From Candidatus Allofournierella merdipullorum (GTDB lineage Bacteria; Bacillota; Clostridia; Oscillospirales; Ruminococcaceae), in the NCBI GenBank assembly GCA_019116345.1, contig DXBV01000063.1:17574-81573 (forward strand): DNA of 64,000 nucleotides, read 5' to 3'. Position 1 is the first letter of the stretch. Every line of letters starts with the position of its first letter. Both the position numbers and the translations under genes were made by a program. The notes under the pieces were generated by a model. The model searched no databases, was not told where the DNA came from, and was given only the letters and a program-made list of their open reading frames with translations. This document shows, in pieces, positions 25,754 to 34,231 of the stretch.

Positions 25754-26893
25754 ATGAACAAGCTGAAACTGATGACCATCGTGGGCACCCGGCCGGAGAT
25801 CATCCGGCTGGCGGCGGTGATCAAAAAGTGCGATAAATACTTCGATCAGATCCTGGTCCACACCGGCCAGAACTACGACTACACCCTCAACGGCATCTTC
25901 TTCGAGGATCTGGGTCTGCGCGCGCCGGACTTTTATCTGGACGCGGTGGGCGGCGATCTCGGCGAGACCATCGGCAACATCATTGCCAAAAGCTACAAGC
26001 TGATGGTGGAGCAAAAACCCGACGCCCTGCTTATCTTAGGCGACACCAACAGCTGCCTTTCCGCCATCAGCGCCAAGCGACTGCACATTCCCATCTTCCA
26101 CATGGAGGCGGGCAACCGCTGCTTCGACGAGTGCCTGCCGGAGGAGACCAACCGCCGCATCGTGGACCACATTTCCGATGTGAACCTGTGCTACTCCGAG
26201 CATGCCCGCCGCTATCTGAACGCCGAGGGCACCGCCAAGGAGCGCACCTACGTTACCGGCAGCCCCATGGCGGAGGTTCTGCACGCGAACCTTGAGGCCA
26301 TCGAAGCTTCGCCCATTCTGGAAAAGCTGGGCCTTGAGGCGCACAAATACATGCTGCTCAGCGCCCACCGGGAGGAGAACATCGACACCGAGAAGAACTT
26401 CCTCGACCTGTTCACCTCCATCAACGCGCTGGCCGAGAAGTACGACATGCCCATCCTCTACTCCTGCCATCCCCGCAGCCGCAAGCGGCTGGAAGCCATG
26501 GGCTTCAAGCTGGACGAGCGGGTGCGCCTGCACGAGCCTCTGGGCTTCCATGACTACAACCATCTGCAGATGAACGCCTTCTGCGTCATCTCCGACTCCG
26601 GCACCCTGCCGGAGGAATCCAGCTTCTTCACCAGCGTGGGCCATCCCTTCCCCGCTGTATGCATCCGCACCTCCACCGAGCGCCCCGAGGCGCTGGACAA
26701 GGGCTGCTTCATCCTGGCGGGCATCGCCGCCGGCGGCGTGGAGCAGGCGGTGGAGACCGCCGTGGCCATGAACGAGAACGGCGATTTGGGCATTCCCGTG
26801 CCCTGCTATGTGGAGGATGTGTCCACCAAGGTGGTCAAGATCATCCAGAGCTACGTGGGCGTGGTCAACAAGATGGTCTGGCGCAAGGGCTGA
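25754..26893 (+). CDS. fnlC: UDP-2-acetamido-2,6-dideoxy-L-talose/UDP-GlcNAc-type 2-epimerase, non-hydrolysing (FnlC/CapG/WbjD)
   Basis: KLMTIVGTRPEIIRLAAVI...HTGQNYDY...ILGDTNSCL...HMEAGNRCFD...PEETNRRIVDHISD are canonical non-hydrolysing 2-epimerase blocks. The position matches CapG/FnlC. Confidence 0.9.
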   Translation: MNKLKLMTIVGTRPEIIRLAAVIKKCDKYFDQILVHTGQNYDYTLNGIFFEDLGLRAPDFYLDAVGGDLGETIGNIIAKSYKLMVEQKPDALLILGDTNSCLSAISAKRLHIPIFHMEAGNRCFDECLPEETNRRIVDHISDVNLCYSEHARRYLNAEGTAKERTYVTGSPMAEVLHANLEAIEASPILEKLGLEAHKYMLLSAHREENIDTEKNFLDLFTSINALAEKYDMPILYSCHPRSRKRLEAMGFKLDERVRLHEPLGFHDYNHLQMNAFCVISDSGTLPEESSFFTSVGHPFPAVCIRTSTERPEALDKGCFILAGIAAGGVEQAVETAVAMNENGDLGIPVPCYVEDVSTKVVKIIQSYVGVVNKMVWRKG

Positions 26894-26894
26894 T

Positions 26895-28130
26895 ATGGAA
26901 GAAACGAAAAAGCTGCTCATCGTCACCCAGCATTTCTGGCCGGAGGCCTTCCGGGTCAACGACCTGGCCGCCGGCTTTCTTGAGCGCGGCTATGAAGTGG
27001 ACGTGCTCTGCGGGCTGCCCAACTACCCCAAGGGGGAGTGGTTTAGCGGCTACCGCTACACCGGCCCCCGGCGGGAGACCCACGACGGGGTGAACATCAT
27101 CCGGGCGGGAGAAATTCGCCGCAAGGGCAACACCGGGGCGCGCATCTTCCTCAACTACGTCAGCTGGCCGGTGTGCGCCGTGTTCAATCTCTGGCGGCTG
27201 AAAGGCCCCTACGCGGCGGTGCTGTGCTACAACACCAGCCCGGTACTGATGAACCTGCCCGCCATTCTCTACGCCAAGACCCACCGGGTGCCCCTGACCA
27301 GCTATGTGCTGGACATCTGGCCGGAAAATCTCTACAGTGTGCTTCCGGTGAAAAACCGCTTTCTGCGGGGCGTCGCCCACTGGGTGAGCGACTGGCACTA
27401 CCGCCGCTGCGACCGGCTCATCGCCATGAGCGAGAGCCTGCGCCGCCGCCTGTGCGAGCGCACGGGCAAACCGGAAACGGCGGTGGCGGTCATCCCTCAG
27501 CACTGCGAGGATTTTTACGCCGTGCCCATTCACGACGAAACACTGGCCGCCCGCTTTGCCGGGCGGTTCAATCTGGTATTCACCGGCAACTTCAGCCCCG
27601 CCCAGAGTCTTGAGACCGTCATCCAAGCGGCGGTGAAGGCCCGGCGGCAGGGGGCGGACGCTTTGCGCCTTGTGCTGGTGGGAGACGGCATGAGCGCCGA
27701 CTCCCTCAAGGCGCTGGCAAAAGAGCTGGACGCCGGCGACACGGTGGAGTTCTGGCCCAGCGTGCGTCCGGAGCAGATCCCCGCCTACACGGCCCAGGCG
27801 GACGCGCTGGTGGCCAGCCTGTCGGACAGCCCGGACTTAGGGATGACGGTGCCCGCCAAAATTGCCAGCTACATGGCGGCGGCAAAGCCGCTGCTTGTCA
27901 GCATGAACGGCGAGGGCGCAGCCGCGGTGGCCGAGGCCGGCTGCGGCCTTGTGAGCCCCGCCGCCGACGTGGACGCGCTGGCGGCCAACATGGCAGCTCT
28001 GTGCGCCGCATCGGCGGACAAGCGGGCAGAAATGGGCCGCAAGGCCTTTGCCTATTACGAAACACATTACCGCCGCCGGGCCGTTCTGGACCGGCTGGAA
28101 AAATTTATCCTGCGAGGTAACCAAGAGTGA
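26895..28130 (+). CDS. GT4 glycosyltransferase, WbuB-like (candidate L-FucNAc transferase)
   Basis: Starts MEETKKLLIVTQHFWPEAFRVNDLAAGFLERGYEVDVLCGLPNYPKGEW, the typical WbuB-like N-terminus. ATG 26895 lies 1 nt after the fnlC stop. The track ORF from 26808 overlaps fnlC and is rejected. Confidence 0.8.
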   Translation: MEETKKLLIVTQHFWPEAFRVNDLAAGFLERGYEVDVLCGLPNYPKGEWFSGYRYTGPRRETHDGVNIIRAGEIRRKGNTGARIFLNYVSWPVCAVFNLWRLKGPYAAVLCYNTSPVLMNLPAILYAKTHRVPLTSYVLDIWPENLYSVLPVKNRFLRGVAHWVSDWHYRRCDRLIAMSESLRRRLCERTGKPETAVAVIPQHCEDFYAVPIHDETLAARFAGRFNLVFTGNFSPAQSLETVIQAAVKARRQGADALRLVLVGDGMSADSLKALAKELDAGDTVEFWPSVRPEQIPAYTAQADALVASLSDSPDLGMTVPAKIASYMAAAKPLLVSMNGEGAAAVAEAGCGLVSPAADVDALAANMAALCAASADKRAEMGRKAFAYYETHYRRRAVLDRLEKFILRGNQE

Positions 28131-28846
28131 AGATCCTGGTCATCATTCCCTGCTACAACGAGTCGGAGAACATCGCCAAAGTGGTGCGCCGGCTGCGCGA
28201 GACCTGCCCGGCGGCGGACTACGTGGTGGTAAACGACTGCTCCACCGACAAAAGCGTCCAGGTGCTGAAAGCCGAGGGCTGCAACTATCTGGACCTGCCC
28301 GTAAATCTGGGCATCGGCGGCGGCGTGCAGTGCGGCTACCGCTACGCGGTGGAGCACGGCTACGACGTAACGGTGCAGATGGACGGCGACGGCCAGCATG
28401 ACCCCGCCTATCTGCAGGCGGTCATCGCGCCGGTTCTGGCCGGGCATCTGGACATGTGCATCGGCAGCCGCTTCATCACCAAAGAAGGCTTTCAGACCAG
28501 CTTTATGCGCCGGGTGGGCATCCGCTTTTTGAGCAGCCTGCTCCATGTGCTCACCGGCTGCAAGGTGCTGGATGTGACCAGCGGCTACCGGGCCTGCGGC
28601 AAGGCCCTCACCGCCCGTTTTGCCCAGTGCTACGCCCAGGACTACCCCGAGCCGGAGGCCATCCTGCGGGCGGTGTGCGAGGGCTACAAGGTGGGCGAAG
28701 TGCCCGTGGTCATGGCCGAGCGCCAGGGCGGCAAATCCAGCATCAACGCTCTCAAGAGCGTCTACTACATGGTGAAGGTGAGCCTTTCGCTGGTCATCTA
28801 CCGGTTGTGCTTCACCAAAAAGGACAAAAGGAGGAACGAGGCATGA
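28127..28846 (+). CDS. GT2 polyprenyl-phosphate sugar synthase (GacI/GtrB/DPM1-like)
   Basis: 239 aa. The GTG start overlaps the upstream stop (GTGA). KILVIIPCYNESENI...VVVNDCSTD...QMDGDGQHDP...GSRF are the short DPM1/GtrB-type GT2 signatures. Confidence 0.85.
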   Translation: MKILVIIPCYNESENIAKVVRRLRETCPAADYVVVNDCSTDKSVQVLKAEGCNYLDLPVNLGIGGGVQCGYRYAVEHGYDVTVQMDGDGQHDPAYLQAVIAPVLAGHLDMCIGSRFITKEGFQTSFMRRVGIRFLSSLLHVLTGCKVLDVTSGYRACGKALTARFAQCYAQDYPEPEAILRAVCEGYKVGEVPVVMAERQGGKSSINALKSVYYMVKVSLSLVIYRLCFTKKDKRRNEA

Positions 28847-29244
28847 ACGACCTGCTCTATCCCCTGCTTGCGGTGGGGGACCTTGTTTTCCTGTTCCTCA
28901 TTTTCCTTTTCGTCAAGCGCGGCCGGCTGAGCGTGCGGTTCAGCCTTGCGTGGTTCGCGCTGGGCGGCGTGCTTTTGGTGTTCGCCGCCTTCCCGCTGGT
29001 GGCCAAGATGCTGCGGGCGCTGCTTCGCTTCGAAGTGGTCTCCAACATGGTGTTCACCATGCTGTTCGGTTTTGTGCTGCTGGTGCTGCTCATCCTTTCG
29101 GCCACCGCCAGCACCCAGACCGAAGAGATCAAGCGCCTGACCCAGCACAATGCCATCCTGGAGCACCGGGTGCGGCAGCTGGAAGAGGCTCTCAAGACCC
29201 GCGAGGCCGAAGGCAGCGCGGAGAAGCCTTCCGACAGCCGGTGA
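28843..29244 (+). CDS. Small membrane protein, DUF2304/GacJ-like partner of the GT2
   Basis: 133 aa. ATG 28843 overlaps the GT2 stop (ATGA) and follows AAAGGAGGAA. It has three hydrophobic helices, then the coiled-coil tail TEEIKRLTQHNAILEHRVRQLEEALK. Confidence 0.65.
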   Translation: MNDLLYPLLAVGDLVFLFLIFLFVKRGRLSVRFSLAWFALGGVLLVFAAFPLVAKMLRALLRFEVVSNMVFTMLFGFVLLVLLILSATASTQTEEIKRLTQHNAILEHRVRQLEEALKTREAEGSAEKPSDSR

Positions 29245-29328
29245 CGGCTCGGATACATGTCCGGTCTATGCTGATAAGCGAAGAGCCGGACCCCCGGCAG
29301 AATCAAACGCGGTGAGGTGTGAGGCGCG

Positions 29329-30813
29329 ATGGATTTTAATACCCCCATCTTTCTGGGCTTCTTTGCGGCAGCGGCCCTGTTGACCTATTGTGTGCCCCGG
29401 CAGCTGAAACCCTATCTGCTGCTGGTCGCCAGCTACATCTTTTACATGTACAAGCCGGAGAACGCCCGGCTTGTGGCGCTGCTTGTGAGCGTCACGGTGG
29501 TCACCTGGTGCGCCGGTGTGGCGCTGGGCAGCCGCAAGCTACGGAATGTCTGGGCCCGCCGGGCCTTTTTGTGGCTGGCGCTGGCGGTGTGTCTGGGCAT
29601 TCTGTTCTTCTTCAAATACTTCAACTTCTTCGGCCAGCTGGCGGCGGACATCGGCGGCATGTTCGGCGGCAGCGGAAACTTCGCCCGGCTGGATCTCATT
29701 GCACCGCTGGGCCTTTCCTACTTTACCTTCCAGAGCCTGGGCTACGTCATCGACGTCTATCAGCACAAGACGAAGCCCCAGCTGAACCTCTTCAAATACG
29801 CGCTGTTCGTCAGCTTCTTTGCCTGCATCTTTACCGGCCCCATCGAGCGGGCGGAGCATCTGATGCCCCAGCTGGAGAATCCCAAGCCCTTCAGCTATTC
29901 CCGCATGGCGGGCGGCGCCTTCCGCATGCTGTGGGGCTACTTCAAGAAGATGGTCCTGGCGGACGGCATCGGCCAGTTCGTCAGCGCCGTGTACGGCGGT
30001 GCAAGCACCGCCGCCGGGCCTTATCTGGTGGCGGCCAGCCTGTTGTTCAGCTATCAGATCTATCTGGATTTCTCCGGCTGCTGCGACATCGCCATCGGCG
30101 GCGCGCGCATTCTGGGCATCGACCTGCTCGAAAACTTCAACCGCCCCTTCGCGGCCACCAGCTACACCGAGCTGTGGAACCGCTGGCACATGAGCCTGAC
30201 CAACTGGTTCCGGGATTATATCTTCACCCCTCTGGCCTTTTATAACCGGGGCCTGCCCGGCGTGTGGGGCAAATTGCAGGGCTGGTTCAACGTGTTCATC
30301 ATCTTCCCCATCAGCGGCCTGTGGCACGGGGCCAGCTGGGGCTATGTCATCTGGGGCGTGCTGAACGGCCTGTTCCTGGTGGTGGGCAAAGCCACCGCCA
30401 AAAAGCGGCGCAAGCTGGCCAAAAAGAACCCCCTCTACCGCGCAAAGCCCGTCAAGGACTTCATCCAGCGGGCCATCGTCTACCTGCTGTTCACCTTCTG
30501 CATCGTGTTCTTTGCCGCCGACCTCTACGGCGCCACGGCGGGCACGGTGTTCGCCGGCATGTTCCGGGGCTGGGACATCGGCTGGAGCGCCTTCTTTGCC
30601 GGCGTGCTGGACCGCGGCCTGACGCTGCAGCTCATTGCGGTGCTCGTGGGCGGCTGCGCGCTGGTGGAGCTGGTGGAATGGCGCGGCCCGGTGGCGGAGT
30701 GGATCCGCCGCCAGTGGTTCGTCATCCGCTGGCCGCTGTACTACCTGTTGGCACTGGCCATTCTCTTCTTCGCAGCCTTCGGCCAGTCCGCTTTCATCTA
30801 CCAGCAGTATTGA
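29329..30813 (+). CDS. MBOAT-family membrane O-acyltransferase (AlgI/DltB/PatA-like)
   Basis: 494-aa polytopic ORF. The conserved His block PISGLWHGASWGYVIWG and RWHMSLTNWFRDYIF are typical of MBOAT proteins. Confidence 0.9.
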   Translation: MDFNTPIFLGFFAAAALLTYCVPRQLKPYLLLVASYIFYMYKPENARLVALLVSVTVVTWCAGVALGSRKLRNVWARRAFLWLALAVCLGILFFFKYFNFFGQLAADIGGMFGGSGNFARLDLIAPLGLSYFTFQSLGYVIDVYQHKTKPQLNLFKYALFVSFFACIFTGPIERAEHLMPQLENPKPFSYSRMAGGAFRMLWGYFKKMVLADGIGQFVSAVYGGASTAAGPYLVAASLLFSYQIYLDFSGCCDIAIGGARILGIDLLENFNRPFAATSYTELWNRWHMSLTNWFRDYIFTPLAFYNRGLPGVWGKLQGWFNVFIIFPISGLWHGASWGYVIWGVLNGLFLVVGKATAKKRRKLAKKNPLYRAKPVKDFIQRAIVYLLFTFCIVFFAADLYGATAGTVFAGMFRGWDIGWSAFFAGVLDRGLTLQLIAVLVGGCALVELVEWRGPVAEWIRRQWFVIRWPLYYLLALAILFFAAFGQSAFIYQQY

Positions 30814-30826
30814 GGGAGGCGCAGAC

Positions 30827-32128
30827 ATGAAAAAACGGAATTCTCCCCTGCGCTTTCTCGGGGTGCGCCTGTTGACCTTTGCCGAGATCGGACTCAAATT
30901 CTGCCTGTTTTTGCCCATCCTGCTGTTCATGGTGTGGTTCAACTACAAGGTGGACGTGAGCGGCCTGTTCCAGGGCGAGCTGGCTCCCCGTCAGGTGGCG
31001 AACCTGCTGTTGGAGGGAAGCACCGTCTCCGGCTATGACCAGATGGACGAGCGGCAGGTGCTGGAAGTGTACGCCCAGAACCTGACCGAGGCGCCTGACA
31101 CGCTGGCCCTGGGCTCCAGCCGGGTGCTGCAGCTCAGCGAAGATCTGGTGGGCGGCGGCAGCTTCTTCAACGCCGGCATCAGCGGCGCGGGCCCCATGGA
31201 CATTATGAGCATCTGGTACCTCTTTGAGCGGGAGGACAAGCTGCCTCAAAACCTCATTCTGGAAGTGGACCCCTGGCTGTTCAACGCCGACCCGGACATC
31301 AACCGCAACTCCGACTCGGAGCTGTTCGCCGAGTTTCTGGAAAAGGGCCTGGGCATCAACGCGGACTACGAAGAGCCGGACACGGTGGCGCTGTGGAAGG
31401 CGCTGGTGGACCCGGCCTACTTCCAGGGCAACGTGACCTACTACCTCAAGCAGCGCCAGACCGGCGCGGTGCTCACCGAGGAAGGGCAGGACATTCCCTT
31501 CAAGGCCGTCACCGGCAGCATCGAAAATCTGGACTACGCGGTGAAGCGCTCGGATGGCAGCATCCAGTACCCCGTGAACTTCCGCAGCTGGAACTACGAC
31601 CAGGTGATGGCCGAGGTGCTGGCCCAGGCGGGCACGCTGAACGCCCTCCACGGCTTCGAGCAGATGGACGCCTACTGGACCGACCTGTTCAGCCGCTTCA
31701 TTGAGCATGTGCAGGCAAAGGGCGTGAACGTGGTGTTCCTGATGACCCCCTACCACCCCTTCATCGCTTTGCACGTCTACAACAACCCCCAGGGGCTCAC
31801 CGGCTTCTTTGAGGTGGAACCCTGGGTGCGCGAGTTCGCCGCGAAGCACGACATCCCGGTCTACGGCAGCTACCACGCCGGACGGGTGGGCGTGCAGGAA
31901 AGCATGTTCTTTGACGGGCTGCACTGCAAGCCCGAGGCCCTGCGGCTGATGTTTCCGGGCATCGAAGAGGCGCTGGCGGGTGGCCAGACCGCCTACGAGC
32001 AGCTGTATCTCGAGGAGTACGGCGAGACCGAAAACAGCGCAAACGCCCTCATCGGCTACGACGCCGTATGCGTTGTGGTGGACGAGGAATGGCTGGCCCA
32101 GGCGGAGGCCGCCACACCAGGGCTTTAA
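30827..32128 (+). CDS. DltD/SGNH-like extracytoplasmic O-acyltransferase partner of the MBOAT
   Basis: Starts MKKRNSPLRFLGVRLLTF... (signal anchor), preceded by GAGGGAGG. It has a candidate Ser block LALGSSRV and a C-terminal FFDGLHC (D..H), as in DltD-type Ser-Asp-His proteins. The track ORF from 30635 overlaps the MBOAT and is rejected. Confidence 0.65.
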   Translation: MKKRNSPLRFLGVRLLTFAEIGLKFCLFLPILLFMVWFNYKVDVSGLFQGELAPRQVANLLLEGSTVSGYDQMDERQVLEVYAQNLTEAPDTLALGSSRVLQLSEDLVGGGSFFNAGISGAGPMDIMSIWYLFEREDKLPQNLILEVDPWLFNADPDINRNSDSELFAEFLEKGLGINADYEEPDTVALWKALVDPAYFQGNVTYYLKQRQTGAVLTEEGQDIPFKAVTGSIENLDYAVKRSDGSIQYPVNFRSWNYDQVMAEVLAQAGTLNALHGFEQMDAYWTDLFSRFIEHVQAKGVNVVFLMTPYHPFIALHVYNNPQGLTGFFEVEPWVREFAAKHDIPVYGSYHAGRVGVQESMFFDGLHCKPEALRLMFPGIEEALAGGQTAYEQLYLEEYGETENSANALIGYDAVCVVVDEEWLAQAEAATPGL

Positions 32129-32140
32129 ATCACCGTTTTG

Positions 32141-32168
32141 CCGGGGCCGAGGGGCCCCGGCTTTTTTT
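32141..32168 (+). terminator. Intrinsic terminator of the glycan operon
   Basis: CCGGGGCC (32141-32148) pairs with GGCCCCGG (32153-32160). A T7 run follows at 32162-32168. Confidence 0.8.
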
Positions 32169-32180
32169 GAAAATTGCCGC

Positions 32181-32209
32181 TTGACAAACTTGCTTTCGCA
32201 AGTTAAAAT
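32181..32209 (+). promoter_or_regulatory. Predicted promoter of the leu operon
   Basis: TTGACA (32181-32186), 17-nt spacer, TAAAAT (32204-32209). Confidence 0.6.
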
Positions 32210-32214
32210 GGTAG

Positions 32215-32520
32215 CATTATAAACGATGCGCAGATGGGGAGAAAGCCCGGGCAAAGCGTTTTTCAGAGAGCCGCCGGTTGGTGCGAGGCGGCAGCGCGGC
32301 GCGGGTATACTGGCCCCGGAGCACCCGGACTCAACGGCACAAATGCCCTGTAGGCCCGGGCGGCACCCGCCGTTATACGGGCGCGGTTCGCAGCAATGCC
32401 GACCGTACAAGAGGCCGCCTTTTCGGGCGGCAATGAGAGTGGTACCGCGGGTGCTTTTCAAAAATTTGTCTGAAAGCCCTCGTCTCTCAAAGCAATGCTT
32501 TGAGGGACGGGGGCTTTTTT
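32215..32520 (+). promoter_or_regulatory. T-box leader (tRNA-sensing riboswitch), probable Leu specifier CUC
   Basis: Stem I elements AGAGAG and GGTGCGA lie at about 32265-32290. A candidate specifier GA-CUC-A lies at 32328-32333. The T-box sequence AATGAGAGTGGTACCGCGG lies at 32432-32450. The terminator CCCTCGTCTCTCAAAG/CTTTGAGGGACGGGGG (32476-32516) carries a T-run. Confidence 0.85.
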
Positions 32521-32556
32521 CGTTCTTCAAAGCAGACAGAAGGAGGAACTGTTGCA

Positions 32557-34209
32557 ATGATGGACGTGACCAAGTACAGCGTGGGCTATTACAATCCCCC
32601 CAAGTGTGAATACCGCTGGGTGCACAAGGACCACATCGAGAAGGCGCCTGCCTGGTGCAGCGTGGACCTGCGGGACGGCAACCAGAGCCTGATCGTGCCC
32701 ATGAGCCTGGAAGAGAAACTGGAGTTTTTCGACCTGCTGGTGAAGATCGGCTTCAAGGAGATCGAGGTGGGCTTCCCCGCCGCCAGCGAGACGGAATACG
32801 AGTTTCTGCGCACCCTCATCGAGCAGAACCGCATCCCCGCCGACGTAACGGTGCAGGTGCTGACCCAGTGCCGCGACCACATCATCCGCAAGACCTTCGA
32901 CGCGGTGAAGGGCGCGCCCAGCGCGGTCATCCACTTCTACAACTCCACCAGCGTGGCCCAGCGGGAGCAGGTGTTCAAGAAGTCGAAGGACGAAATCAAA
33001 AAAATCGCTACCGACGGCGCGGCGCTGGTGAAAAAACTGGCCGAAGAATACGAGGGCAACTTCCGCTTTGAATACAGCCCCGAAAGCTTCACCGGCACCG
33101 AGCCGGAATACGCCCTGGAAGTTTGCAACGCGGTGCTGGACATCATGCAGCCCACCCCGGAAAAGCCCATGATCATCAACCTGCCGGTGACGGTGGCCAT
33201 GAGCATGAGCCACATCTACGCAAACCAGATCGAGTACATGCGCGACAACCTGAAATACCGCGACAGCGTTGTGCTGAGCCTGCACCCCCACAACGACCGG
33301 GGCTGCGGCGTGGCCGATACCGAGCTGGCCCTGCTGGCGGGCGCGGACCGGGTGGAAGGCACCCTGTTCGGCAACGGCGAGCGCACCGGCAACGTGGACA
33401 TCATCACCCTGGCCATGAACATGTACACCCATGGCGTCGACCCCCATCTGGACTTCTCCGACATGCCCGCCATCGTGGAGCTCTACGAGCGGGTGACCCG
33501 GATGCACGTCTACGAGCGCACCCCCTACGCCGGCGCGCTGGTGTTCGCCGCCTTCTCCGGCAGCCATCAGGACGCCATCGCCAAGGGTCTGACCTGGCGC
33601 AAGGAAAAGAACCTCCACCAGTGGACGGTGCCCTACATCCCCCTGGACCCCACCGACATCGGCCGCCGCTACGAGGCGGACGTCATCCGCATCAACAGCC
33701 AGAGCGGCAAGGGCGGCATCGGCTATCTGCTGGCCCAGGACCACGGCTACGATCTGCCCCCCAAGATGCGGGAGCACTTCGGCTACACCGTCAAAGGCGT
33801 TTCCGACCACGCCCACAAGGAGCTTTCCAGCGCCGAGGTGCTGGACATCTTCGAAAAGACCTACCTCAACAAGACCAGCCCTTTGAACATCGCCGAGGCT
33901 CACTTCATCCAGAAGAGCGGCATCTTCGCCGTGGTCACCCTGGAGGAAGGCGGCAAGGTGCGGGAGGCCTCCGCCCAGGGCAACGGCCGTCTGGACGCGG
34001 TGTGCAACGCCGTCAAGGCCGCCACCGGCCTTGACTTCACCATCAGCACCTACTCCGAGCACAGCCTGGAGCACGGCTCCACCAGCCAGGCCGCCAGCTA
34101 TGTGGGCCTTGTCTGGGGCGACGGCTCCACCACCTGGGGCGCGGGCACCGACACCGACATCATCCGCGCCGGCATCAAGGCGCTGGTGAGCGCCGTCAAC
34201 AACAAGTGA
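32557..34209 (+). CDS. leuA: 2-isopropylmalate synthase (long, LeuA type 2)
   Basis: The ATG follows [26 protein letters not shown]...[12 protein letters not shown]...[12 protein letters not shown] are the HMGL-like/LeuA signatures. Length is 550 aa. Confidence 0.93.
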   Translation: MMDVTKYSVGYYNPPKCEYRWVHKDHIEKAPAWCSVDLRDGNQSLIVPMSLEEKLEFFDLLVKIGFKEIEVGFPAASETEYEFLRTLIEQNRIPADVTVQVLTQCRDHIIRKTFDAVKGAPSAVIHFYNSTSVAQREQVFKKSKDEIKKIATDGAALVKKLAEEYEGNFRFEYSPESFTGTEPEYALEVCNAVLDIMQPTPEKPMIINLPVTVAMSMSHIYANQIEYMRDNLKYRDSVVLSLHPHNDRGCGVADTELALLAGADRVEGTLFGNGERTGNVDIITLAMNMYTHGVDPHLDFSDMPAIVELYERVTRMHVYERTPYAGALVFAAFSGSHQDAIAKGLTWRKEKNLHQWTVPYIPLDPTDIGRRYEADVIRINSQSGKGGIGYLLAQDHGYDLPPKMREHFGYTVKGVSDHAHKELSSAEVLDIFEKTYLNKTSPLNIAEAHFIQKSGIFAVVTLEEGGKVREASAQGNGRLDAVCNAVKAATGLDFTISTYSEHSLEHGSTSQAASYVGLVWGDGSTTWGAGTDTDIIRAGIKALVSAVNNK

Positions 34210-34231
34210 CGCAAGCAATATAGAGGAGGGA

